A stretch of DNA of 64,000 bases, from contig CAVRZA010000004.1 in the NCBI GenBank assembly GCA_963725665.1, positions 576,001 through 640,000 on the forward strand, in the 5' to 3' direction. Under the pieces are notes generated by a model that did no database searches, was not told the DNA's origin, and worked only from the letters and a program-made list of their open reading frames with translations. The number at the start of each line of letters is the position of its first letter. The stretch's first letter is position 1. Both the position numbers and the translations under genes were made by a program. Below are positions 8,924 to 17,735 of this stretch, in pieces. Origin of the DNA: an uncultured Actinomycetes bacterium. GTDB taxonomy: Bacteria > Actinomycetota > Thermoleophilia > UBA2241.

Positions 8924-11358
8924 GCGCCCAGGCGGCCGTGCCGCTCAGCGCCTACGAGCCGGCCCAGCGGGCGAGCCTTCGCGATTGGCTCACCACGACC
9001 AACCACAAGCGGATCGGCATCCTCTACATCGCCACGGCGCTGATCTATTTCCTGGTCGCGGTGACCTTTGCGATGCTGATGCGCACGCAGCTCATCAGAC
9101 CCAACAACGACTTCCTCACGCCCGAGCAGTACAACCAGATCTTCTCCATGCACGGCACCACCATGATCTTCCTCTTCGGCATGCCGATCCTCATCGGCTT
9201 CGCCAACTACCTCGTGCCGCTGATGATCGGCGCCCGTGACATGGCTTTCCCGCGTCTCAACATGCTCAGCTACTGGCTGTTCCTGTTCGGCGGGATCCTG
9301 ATGTACAGCAGCTTTCTCTTCGGCGGCGCGCTCGACACCGGCTGGTTCAGCTACGCGCCGCTCACCGAGAAGGCGTACTCGCCCCACGACGGGGTGACGT
9401 TCTGGATCGTGTCTCTGGCCGTCCTCGGCGTCTCCTCCCTCGTGGGGGCCGTCAACTTCATCGTGACCATGCTGAGACTGCGCGCGCCGGGCATGACCTG
9501 GCTGCGCATGCCGCTCTTCGCTCAGGCGACCTACATCAACTCGTTCCTGATCTTGTTCGCCATCCCCAGCCTGTCGGCCGCCACGGCGCTCCTGTACCTC
9601 GACCGCCTGCACGGCACGACGTGGTTCAACGCCGCCACCGGCGGCGACCCCATCATCTGGCAGCACCTCTTCTGGTTCTTCGGTCACCCCGAGGTCTACA
9701 TCCTTATACTGCCGGCCTTCGGCATGATGAGTGAGGTGGTGCCGATCTTCTCGCGCAAGGTGCTGTTCGGCCGCACGACGATGATCATCATGCTGGCGGC
9801 CATCGGGTTCCTCGGCTTCATCGTGTGGGCGCACCACATGTTCGCCACGGGTCTGCCCACTTACTTCAACACCATCATGGCGGGAACCAGCATGCTGATC
9901 GCCATCCCGACCGGGGTGAAGATCTTCAACTGGTTGGCGACCATGTGGGGCGGTTCTTTGCGCTTCAAGACGCCACTGCTGTTCGCCTGCGGCCTGATCG
10001 CCCTCTTCACCATCGGCGGCATCACCGGCGTGATGCAGGCCGTAGTGCCGTTCGACTGGCAGGTGACCGACACGTTCTTCATCGTCGGCCACCTGCACAA
10101 CGTGCTCTTCGCGGGTACGATCTTCGGCGTCTTCGCCGGCTTCTACTACTGGTTCCCCAAGATCACCGGCCGGCTGCTCGACGACCGTCTCGGCAAATGG
10201 CACTTCTGGATCATGGTCGTGGGGTTCAGCCTGACGTTCCTGCCGATGTACGCGCTTGGTCTCATGGGCATGCCTCGGCGGGTCTACACCTACGCATCCA
10301 ACCTGGGCTGGAACGACCTCAACCTGGTCTCGTCGATCGGTGGCTACATCCTCGCCGTGTCGATTACCGTCTTCGTGGTCAACGTTGTGCGCAGCCTGCG
10401 ATCAGGCGAGGTGGCCGGCGACAACCCGTGGGACGCGTGGACGCTGGAGTGGGCCACCACGTCTCCGCCGCCGCCCGACAACTTCACCTCGCTACCGCCG
10501 ATCCACAGCGCGAGACCGCTCTGGGATCTCAAGCACCCCGAGGATCCTGATGAGCCCAGCTCCCACGATGCGGCGGTGGCGGTGGCACCTGAGGCGGGGG
10601 GAGACAGCGGAGGAGCCGACGGCTTTTTGGCCGAGTCCGGGCACTCGACACTCGTGCCTCTCTTCACCGGCGTGGCCATCCTCGTGATGGCGATCGGGCT
10701 GCTCACCTCGCTCCTTGTGTCTCTTGCCGGCATCCTGATGCTCTTCGTTGTGGCTGCCCAGTGGCTCTCATCGCCCTTCCCGCCTCCCGATGCGCCGGAC
10801 GAGCCCGGCGCTCGCTTCACGATCGCCGGCTTGGGCATGCTGGTCTTCCTCGGATCGGAGGTAGTCTTTTTCGGCTCGCTCATCGCCGCCGCCGTTCACC
10901 TGCGTATCCACACCAGCACGCTCGGCCCGTTCGGCCTGGGCCTCACTCTGCCCATCGTCAACACGGTCGTTCTCATCAGCAGCGGCATCGCCGCCCATTA
11001 CGCCCTCGTCAGCCTGCGGAAGGGCCGTAGCGGGTGGTTCGCCTTCCTGGTCGTTCTGACGATCGCGCTTGGAGCCACCTTCCTGGCCGGCCAGGCCTGG
11101 GAGTACACGCATGTCGGCTTCGGTCTCTCGAGCGGCGTGGAGGGATCGACCTTCTTCACCCTGACCGGGTTCCACGGCGCCCACGTCACCGCCGGCATCC
11201 TGGTGCTGCTGTACGTGTTCGTGCGCATCAGAAGGCAGAGGAGACTCGCTGCCGCGACGGGCGACGGCGGCACGGGCATCATGGAGGCCGGCACCTACTA
11301 CTGGCATTTCGTCGACGCCGTGTGGGTGGCCGTCTTCGTCGTCGTCTACCTGCTCTGA
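8920..11358 (+). CDS. ctaD: Heme-copper oxidase subunit I fused to subunit III (A1 type), 812 aa
   Basis: SMHGTTMIF, WFFGHPEVY, WAHHM, GHLHNV and GMPRR, followed in the same frame by subunit III motifs FLGSEVVFF, LTGFHGAHV and YWHFVDAVW. Confidence 0.93.
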   Translation: MSAQAAVPLSAYEPAQRASLRDWLTTTNHKRIGILYIATALIYFLVAVTFAMLMRTQLIRPNNDFLTPEQYNQIFSMHGTTMIFLFGMPILIGFANYLVPLMIGARDMAFPRLNMLSYWLFLFGGILMYSSFLFGGALDTGWFSYAPLTEKAYSPHDGVTFWIVSLAVLGVSSLVGAVNFIVTMLRLRAPGMTWLRMPLFAQATYINSFLILFAIPSLSAATALLYLDRLHGTTWFNAATGGDPIIWQHLFWFFGHPEVYILILPAFGMMSEVVPIFSRKVLFGRTTMIIMLAAIGFLGFIVWAHHMFATGLPTYFNTIMAGTSMLIAIPTGVKIFNWLATMWGGSLRFKTPLLFACGLIALFTIGGITGVMQAVVPFDWQVTDTFFIVGHLHNVLFAGTIFGVFAGFYYWFPKITGRLLDDRLGKWHFWIMVVGFSLTFLPMYALGLMGMPRRVYTYASNLGWNDLNLVSSIGGYILAVSITVFVVNVVRSLRSGEVAGDNPWDAWTLEWATTSPPPPDNFTSLPPIHSARPLWDLKHPEDPDEPSSHDAAVAVAPEAGGDSGGADGFLAESGHSTLVPLFTGVAILVMAIGLLTSLLVSLAGILMLFVVAAQWLSSPFPPPDAPDEPGARFTIAGLGMLVFLGSEVVFFGSLIAAAVHLRIHTSTLGPFGLGLTLPIVNTVVLISSGIAAHYALVSLRKGRSGWFAFLVVLTIALGATFLAGQAWEYTHVGFGLSSGVEGSTFFTLTGFHGAHVTAGILVLLYVFVRIRRQRRLAAATGDGGTGIMEAGTYYWHFVDAVWVAVFVVVYLL

Positions 11359-11427
11359 TCTGCAGTCGGACCCGTCGTGCCTCAATGGGGGTCTTCGGGG
11401 CCAGGCGTGGGCCCAGCCGTCGGCCGG

Positions 11428-13103
11428 TTATCCCGGTGCAGGCGACGGCGGCGGCAGCGCGCGGAAGGTCAGCGGCACGACGACCGCGTTGGCCGTTTCC
11501 TGGATGACGACCTCGATGTTCCAGTCCCCCGCGATCGACGGCTCGACGGCCGTACCTCGCCAGGCGCCGTTCGGACTTTGGCTGAGTGTCAGTGTCGATT
11601 GTCCTATGGACGGTCGCGCGGGGAGGGAGAGATTCAGCTGCACGGAGCTGACGTTGGCGAGCTGCTTGCCGGTGTCGTACTCACTGACCGTCAAGAGGAA
11701 CTCGTTCCGGCCGACAGTCCCCGGCGTGACTGTGAGACGCACCCGCACCGTTGTCGCGTAGTCGCTGCCCGACACCGTCACGCCAGGTCCGGAGGGACTC
11801 TGCCTCGGACTGTTGGCGAACGCTGGCGCGAGTCCGACGAGTACTGCGGTCACGGCGAGTATGCCGGTGGCAACTGCGACCTCGCTACCTGCCGCGCGCC
11901 TGAAGGGTTGGATTGCCTCGCTTCGGCTTGCCAGAGCCGGCACGAGCCGAAAGCGGTTGAGCGCGCCCAGCGAAGCGAGGACCACGACCAGTCCCACCTT
12001 GATCAGGAGCGCGTTGCCGTAGCTCGTGGTGAGGAGGTTGCCGATCGAGCTCACCTCGGTCATGGCTCGCAGAAGACCTGTGAGGAGCACCGCCGCTAGC
12101 GCGATGCCCGCGACGGTCGAATACCGAGCGACAGCCCGTCCGCGCTCGTGCTCGCCCTTCTCGTGAATGCCGAGCAAGAGCCACGCGAGGCCCCCGATCC
12201 ACGCGCCAACGGCGATCATATGCACCCACTGTTCGGTGAGGTTGAGCGGCCGCAAGGGCGCCGCTGCGTCGGCGTGACCGGCCAGCACGTGCACCAGCAT
12301 CGCGAGAGCCGCGGCCGCGCCGACGGCGGCGAGCGTCGATCGCCGGGGCATGAGGTCAGCGACGGCCACCGCGACCCCGCACACAAGAACGGCTACACCC
12401 TGGGCGAGGAGCAGATACCCCGCGCGCGTTTCAAAGAGCGGCAAGAGCGACGGAACCCCGACGCTGGCGCGTTCGGCCAGCGTCATTGCTGACAGGCCCA
12501 CCGCCGCCGACAGCACGGCGCCGCGGAGCAACGTCGTGCCCCCCGCGGGGAGTCTGCCGCTTCAGGGCGATGAGGCACGTCGTGGCGGCGCCGACGAGTA
12601 GCGCGAGCCCCCAGTAGAGCAGCCAGCGGCCGGCGGCCGAGGCCGCAGAGAGCGTCCACGACGTCGCCGGCCGCACGTCGGCCGCGGTCGGCGGCGGGAC
12701 TACTCCGACGCCGAACGCGAACGCTCCGACGACCACATGACCGTCGGTCGCTGACACCGAGCGCCAGTCGACGGTGTACGCACCGCGAGGAAGGGCTTGT
12801 GAGAGCGTGACGCGGAGGTCGGCCGGGTAGCCGGAGATCGACTCTACCGCTGGAGACTCCTGGAACAGGGTGTCCGGACGCATCCACCAGCTCGATGCGG
12901 GAAAGCGAGGGGTCGGGCCGCTCAGAGAACGTGAGAACGATCTGCTGCGGCGACCTGGAGAGTGACGCGTTGGCCGCCGGGTTCGAGCTGACCAGGGAGG
13001 CGTGGGCTCCGGCCGCTGGGGCCAGGACGGCGAGGCAGGCGACGGTGGTCAGTAGAGCGACGGCGCCCGTCGCCAACGCCCGGAGGGTCCGCGCGAGGCT
13101 CAT
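11428..13103 (-). CDS. CopC-CopD fusion copper uptake/resistance protein with a C-terminal extracellular domain; two frameshifts (near 12850 and 12540)
   Basis: AHASLVSSNP...LTFSE, then YTVDWRSVSATDGH (CopC), then LAGHA and WVHMIAVGAWIGGL...YGNALLIKV (CopD), spread over three consecutive frames. Confidence 0.82.
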
Positions 13104-13109
13104 TGCTGT

Positions 13110-13751
13110 CTAGGTCTTGCGACGCGCGACGGCGACACCGGCCACCACGAGGCCCAGCGCGCCGAGGGCGATGCCGATGAGGCCGAAGGTGCGCGCCGTC
13201 GACACTTGGTCCGCCGTGGCGAGGCGAGGCAGCTGAGCGTCGAGCCGCTGCGCGAGCTGCGTGCTGCTGGGAGCTTTCACGGGGAACTGGATGCTCGCGG
13301 GGTCCTCCACTGTGGCGAAAGTCGTCGGGGAGCTCGTGAAGCTCTCATCGACGCTCTGCGGGCCTATCTTGCCGGTGAAGTGAAAGGTGTAGTTGCCCGG
13401 CGCCGTGGGGATCAGCCACGCCCTGTAGTCGCCGGGAGTGCCGACCCCCGAATCGGGGTCGAAGGTGGGTTCGAGTGCGAGCGACATCTTCTGGGTGCCG
13501 AATTCCACCGTCACGCGGAACGCACTGCTGAGGTCGAGCACTGGCTTCGCCGTACCCCGAGAGGTGAGCACGAGCTGGACGCTGTTCAGTTGCCCGGCTA
13601 TGGCCGGCTCTGCGCCCCACCCGACCAGGAAATGATAGTTGCCGACCTCTCGCGCCACATGCGCCGAGGCCGGCGCGGCGCTGCACAGCAACAGAAGTCC
13701 ACCCAGCAGGGCCGCGCTTCCGATGCGTCTAACGAGGGCTCCTCGGTTCAC
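13110..13751 (-). CDS. Exported, C-terminally anchored protein with a predicted mature N-terminal His; putative copper-binding protein
   Basis: Signal peptide ending ASA-HVAREVGNYHFLVGWGAEP, C-terminal TM plus RRK; RBS GAGGAGG before GTG 13751; directly upstream of copCD. Confidence 0.7.
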   Translation of the reverse strand: MNRGALVRRIGSAALLGGLLLLCSAAPASAHVAREVGNYHFLVGWGAEPAIAGQLNSVQLVLTSRGTAKPVLDLSSAFRVTVEFGTQKMSLALEPTFDPDSGVGTPGDYRAWLIPTAPGNYTFHFTGKIGPQSVDESFTSSPTTFATVEDPASIQFPVKAPSSTQLAQRLDAQLPRLATADQVSTARTFGLIGIALGALGLVVAGVAVARRKT

Positions 13752-13784
13752 GAACCACCTCCTCAATTGACTCCGCTACGCATA

Positions 13785-13797
13785 TGCCCTGAGGGTA
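13785..13797. promoter_or_regulatory. Possible CsoR-type copper-repressor operator
   Basis: TGCCCT-G-AGGGTA is one mismatch from the palindrome TACCCT-N-AGGGTA and lies just upstream of the copper operon. Confidence 0.35.
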
Positions 13798-13889
13798 AGT
13801 CTCGCAGTCCCAAGGAGGGTACACGAGATTGACCAACCCTCGATCTACGGGAGTGTCGGGCCGCACGGCCGAGCGCCCACCGTGCGAGA

Positions 13890-14630
13890 CTACTCCCAGC
13901 GGAAGACGCGCAGCGACACCACCCCCGCGGCGGCGCCGTACAGGGCCGTGATCAAGAGCTGCTGCCAGTCCATGGCACCCGTGTTCCAGGGCTCCTGCAA
14001 CGCCTGGACGAGGTGGTACAGAGGTAGAACCTGGCCGACGCGCAGGAGCCAGGTGGGGAGGAGCTCGAGGGGACTGGCAGTGCCGGAGAGGAACATCATG
14101 GTGAACCAGAGGAGGAGCCCGGCGCCCTGCACGGCGCGCGCGCTCGGCAGCAGGCCGGCGAGCAGGATGCCGATGGCGGCGAACGTGGCCACGCCGACGA
14201 CGGCGGTGAGGAGTACGCGCACGACGGAGTCGGGCTGGTTGGCGTCGTAGACCAAGGCTCCCAGCAGGTAGACGAGGAGGCCGCCGACGACGGCGATGAG
14301 GACCGCCACGACCGTCTGCGAGCCGAAGTACGTGAGCTCCTTGAGCCCCGAAGCTCGCAAACGGCGGAGCACTCCGCGTTCGCGGTAGGTAGCCAGGTGT
14401 ACAGGTAGCGAGATCATGCCGATGGACGCGATCACCAGACCGATGTAACCCGGCACGTAGTAGTCCATCGCGAGGACGTCCCCGAAGTTCCCTCCAGTCA
14501 CCCGGTCATTGCGGAAGATCCCGCCCAGGACGAGCAGCACGAGCAGGGGGAAGGCGAACGTGAAGATCATCGTCACCGGCTCGCGAACGAGCAGCTTGAT
14601 CTCGGTCCAGGTGAGCTTCCAGAGGGCCAT
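13890..14630 (-). CDS. ABC-2 type exporter permease
   Basis: Six TMs; RERGVLRRLRAS and YYVPG motifs. Confidence 0.88.
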   Translation of the reverse strand: MALWKLTWTEIKLLVREPVTMIFTFAFPLLVLLVLGGIFRNDRVTGGNFGDVLAMDYYVPGYIGLVIASIGMISLPVHLATYRERGVLRRLRASGLKELTYFGSQTVVAVLIAVVGGLLVYLLGALVYDANQPDSVVRVLLTAVVGVATFAAIGILLAGLLPSARAVQGAGLLLWFTMMFLSGTASPLELLPTWLLRVGQVLPLYHLVQALQEPWNTGAMDWQQLLITALYGAAAGVVSLRVFRWE

Positions 14631-14636
14631 CGTCCG

Positions 14637-15608
14637 CTACTCCCGCAACGCGTGGCCGGTGAGCGCGAGGAAGACGTCCTCGAGCGAGGGTTGCTCGAGG
14701 CGCAGGTCGGCCGGCGCGATGCCGTGGTCGACGAGCTCGGCCGCGACGAGGGCCAGCACCGGTCCCGTGCCCCGCACGAGCACGCAGGTGCCCTCGTGGA
14801 CGAGCTCGTCGACGCAGGGGACGTCGCAGAGCCAGGAGAGGTCGGGCTCGTCGGTGGTGAAGGTCACGCGCACGCCGCCGGCGTAGCTCTCGACGAGGCC
14901 CCGCGGCGTGTCGCTGGCGACGATACGCCCGCCGTCCATGACGGCGATACGGTCGCAGAGGCGCTCGGCCTCCTCCATGAAGTGGGTGACGAGGACCACC
15001 GTGCTGCCGCGCTCGCGGATCTCACGGACGAGGTCCCAGGCGACGCGGCGCGCGGCGGGGTCGAGCCCGGTCGTCATCTCGTCGAGGAAGACGACCTCAG
15101 GGTGGTTGACGAGCGCCAGCGCGACGAAGAGACGCTGGCGCTGGCCGCCCGAGAGGCTGTGGAACGAGGCCTTGGCCTTGTCGGCGAGACCCCACCGCTC
15201 GAGGAGAAGACGCCAGTCGGAGTGGCCGGGGACGAACGACGAGAAGAGGTCGAGCGCCTCCCAGACGCGCATGTGGTCGGGGAGCGAGGACTGTTGAAGT
15301 TGGCAGCCGATGCGCGGACGGAGCTGCGCCGTCTGGTGCTGCGGGTCGAGACCGAGAACCCGCAGGCTGCCGCCGTCGCAGTGCCGCAGCCCCTGCAGGC
15401 ACTCGACGGTCGTCGTCTTGCCGGCGCCGTTGGGCCCGAGGAGGCCGAAGATCTCGCCGCGCAGGACCTCGAAGGTGGCCTCCTGCACCGCGACGACGTC
15501 GTGGTAGCGCTTCGTCAGGCCGTGCACGTCGATGACGATCTCGCGCCGATCGGCGTCACGCTGGTCCGCCTCGGGGCGTGCGGGTTCAGGGATGTCGGTG
15601 GCCATCAC
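14637..15608 (-). CDS. ABC exporter ATP-binding protein (DrrA-like)
   Basis: GPNGAGKTT, LSGGQ, VFLDE, VTH and C-terminal PSLEDVFL. Confidence 0.93.
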   Translation of the reverse strand: MMATDIPEPARPEADQRDADRREIVIDVHGLTKRYHDVVAVQEATFEVLRGEIFGLLGPNGAGKTTTVECLQGLRHCDGGSLRVLGLDPQHQTAQLRPRIGCQLQQSSLPDHMRVWEALDLFSSFVPGHSDWRLLLERWGLADKAKASFHSLSGGQRQRLFVALALVNHPEVVFLDEMTTGLDPAARRVAWDLVREIRERGSTVVLVTHFMEEAERLCDRIAVMDGGRIVASDTPRGLVESYAGGVRVTFTTDEPDLSWLCDVPCVDELVHEGTCVLVRGTGPVLALVAAELVDHGIAPADLRLEQPSLEDVFLALTGHALRE

Positions 15609-15712
15609 GAGACGTGGAGGAGTGTGGTCGAAGCTCGTACCATGCTACACCTTGGACGGTCGCAACACGGCGTCCCATCGCCGCGTGCCCGGGCTTGAGT
15701 CGCAGGCTCCTT

Positions 15713-16690
15713 CTAGCCGTCTCGCGGCGCGGCGACCTGCTCGTCGGCTGTCCCGACGGTGCGAGCGCCAGGTCCCGCCTCCGCGGCGCGCAGCGAGCCC
15801 ACCTCGATGAAGACCCGTGTGATCTCCGGGAAGCGCTCTCGGAGCCGTTCCTCGATGCGATCCACTGCGGCGCGGATCTCGTTCGCGGCCAGCCCGGGCT
15901 CGAACGCGACCTCCAGGTTGAGGAGCACATCCTCCGGCCCCAGGTGCATCGTCAGCACAGGTCCCAGCTCCGCCACCGCAGGGTCGGCCTGCACGATCTC
16001 CTTGATCTCGCGCACAACGTCGGGGCTCATGGCCTCGCCCAGCAAGAGGCCCCTGCTCTCGGCAGCGAGCAGGAAGGCCGCCGAGGCGAGCAGCAGGCCG
16101 ATGAGGATGGAGCCCACGCCGTCGATGTAGGGGTTGTCGAGCCGGTGGCCGAGGAAGACGACGAGGAAGGCGATCGCGAGGCCGACCAGCGCCAGGCTGT
16201 CCTCGACGACGACGGTGAAGATGCTCGGGTCCTTGCCCTCGCGGATGACTCGCAGCACCGGCGTCTCGGGATGCACCTTGCGGAGCTGCCGGTAGGCGAT
16301 CCACCACGAGGCGCCCTCGAAGATGGCCGCCGCGGCCAGGACGACGTAGTTCCAGGTCGGGTCCTCGAGTGGGGAGGGGTTGCGCAGGTGGATGATGCCC
16401 TCGTAGATCGACATGCCGCCGCCGATGCCGAAGATGGCGAGCGCCACGATGAGGCTCCAGAAGTAGAGCTCCTGCCCGTGACCGAAGGGGTGGGCCTCGT
16501 CGGCGGGCCTCTTGCTGCGCTGTAGCCCGAGGAGCAGCAGGCCGCCGTTGCCGGTGTCGACGAGGGAGTGGATGCCTTCGGCGAGCATGGCCGAGCTGCC
16601 GGTGACGCTCGCCGCCGCGAACTTGATGGTCGCGATCGCCGCGTTGCCGGCTATCGCCGCCAGTACCGCCTTCTTCGACTCGGCAGCCAT
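15713..16690 (-). CDS. Cation diffusion facilitator transporter
   Basis: SAMLAEGIHSLVDTGN and HPFGHGQE motifs; C-terminal RVFIE. Confidence 0.92.
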   Translation of the reverse strand: MAAESKKAVLAAIAGNAAIATIKFAAASVTGSSAMLAEGIHSLVDTGNGGLLLLGLQRSKRPADEAHPFGHGQELYFWSLIVALAIFGIGGGMSIYEGIIHLRNPSPLEDPTWNYVVLAAAAIFEGASWWIAYRQLRKVHPETPVLRVIREGKDPSIFTVVVEDSLALVGLAIAFLVVFLGHRLDNPYIDGVGSILIGLLLASAAFLLAAESRGLLLGEAMSPDVVREIKEIVQADPAVAELGPVLTMHLGPEDVLLNLEVAFEPGLAANEIRAAVDRIEERLRERFPEITRVFIEVGSLRAAEAGPGARTVGTADEQVAAPRDG

Positions 16691-16757
16691 CGTGTCTCCT
16701 GGTGCCGGGGCGAGGCCGGCGCCGCGAGAGGGTCCTCTCGCGGCGCCGGCCTCGCCC

Positions 16758-17576
16758 TCACTCGACGTCGCTCGGGTCCCAGGCGATGCGCAGACCCTCG
16801 TGGAGGCCGTCGAGCCGCGCCATCTCGTCTGCCGAGAGTTCGAAGTCGAAGACGTCGCGGTTCTCCGCGATGCGCCCGCGGTGCACCGATTTGGGGATGA
16901 CGACGAGCTCGTGCTGCAGGCTCCAGCGGATGAGCACCTGGGCCGGGGTCTTGTCGTGCTGCCGGGCGATGACCGTGAGGCGTGCGTCCGAGAGGCGGCG
17001 GCCACGCGTCAGCGGACTGTACGCCTCGACCTGTATCCCGTGCCGGCGGCAGACGTCGAGCAGCTCGCGCTGGTAGAGGAAGGGGGAGAGCTCGACCTGG
17101 TTGACGGCCGGGACGACATCGGCCGCGCCCAGCAGGTGTTCGAGGTGTGCGCCGGTGAAGTTGCTCACCCCGATCGCCCTGCATCTGCCCTCGGCGAGCA
17201 GCGTCTCCATGGCCCGCCAGCTCTCGAGCCGCTTGCCCGTCACCGGCCAGTGCATCAGGTAGAGGTCGACGTAGTCGATGCCGAGGTCGCGCAGACTCGT
17301 GTCCAAGGCGCGCCGCGTCTTGTCGAAGCCCTGGTCGGCGTTCCAGAGCTTCGTCACGATGAACAGCTCTTCGCGCGCCAGTCCCGAGGCCCTCACCGCG
17401 GCGCCGACGTCGGCCTCGTTGCGATAGATGCGCGCCGTGTCGATGTGGCGGTAGCCGTCCTCGAGCGCCCAGCGCACGGCGTCCCGCGTCTCACGCCCCG
17501 GCCTCGCCTTGAACACTCCGAGGCCGAGGACCGGCATGGCGACGCCGTTGTTGAGTCTCGTCGAGGGGATGCCCAC
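16758..17576 (-). CDS. Aldo/keto reductase (AKR5-like)
   Basis: GYRHIDTARIY, TKLW, DLYLMHWP, GVSNF and IPKS motifs. Confidence 0.95.
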   Translation of the reverse strand: MGIPSTRLNNGVAMPVLGLGVFKARPGRETRDAVRWALEDGYRHIDTARIYRNEADVGAAVRASGLAREELFIVTKLWNADQGFDKTRRALDTSLRDLGIDYVDLYLMHWPVTGKRLESWRAMETLLAEGRCRAIGVSNFTGAHLEHLLGAADVVPAVNQVELSPFLYQRELLDVCRRHGIQVEAYSPLTRGRRLSDARLTVIARQHDKTPAQVLIRWSLQHELVVIPKSVHRGRIAENRDVFDFELSADEMARLDGLHEGLRIAWDPSDVE

Positions 17577-17735
17577 CCATTCTCCTTCCCGGGGTCCCTA
17601 GGATGTCAGTCTGCCCGGCGTTGCGTCGGTCCGAACCCTGTGGTAGGTTGCCAGCTTGTCTTCTCCGCGCCGTTCCCAGGGCGCGGCCTCGGGACCGCCA
17701 CGGGCGAGTCGGCGGTCGCCGGAAGGGGCGATGCG

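Noticed and set aside
16512-17735. Long N-terminal extension of the 749-aa ORF and other long antisense or overlapping ORFs (e.g. 5266-6567, 29077-30963, 38836-40254, 42747-44771)
   Set aside because: Shadow ORFs typical of high-GC DNA, lying opposite or over well-supported genes.
17600-17735. c-di-AMP (ydaO) riboswitch ahead of the cell-wall hydrolase
   Set aside because: Two hairpins are present but the conserved ydaO sequence blocks are not.
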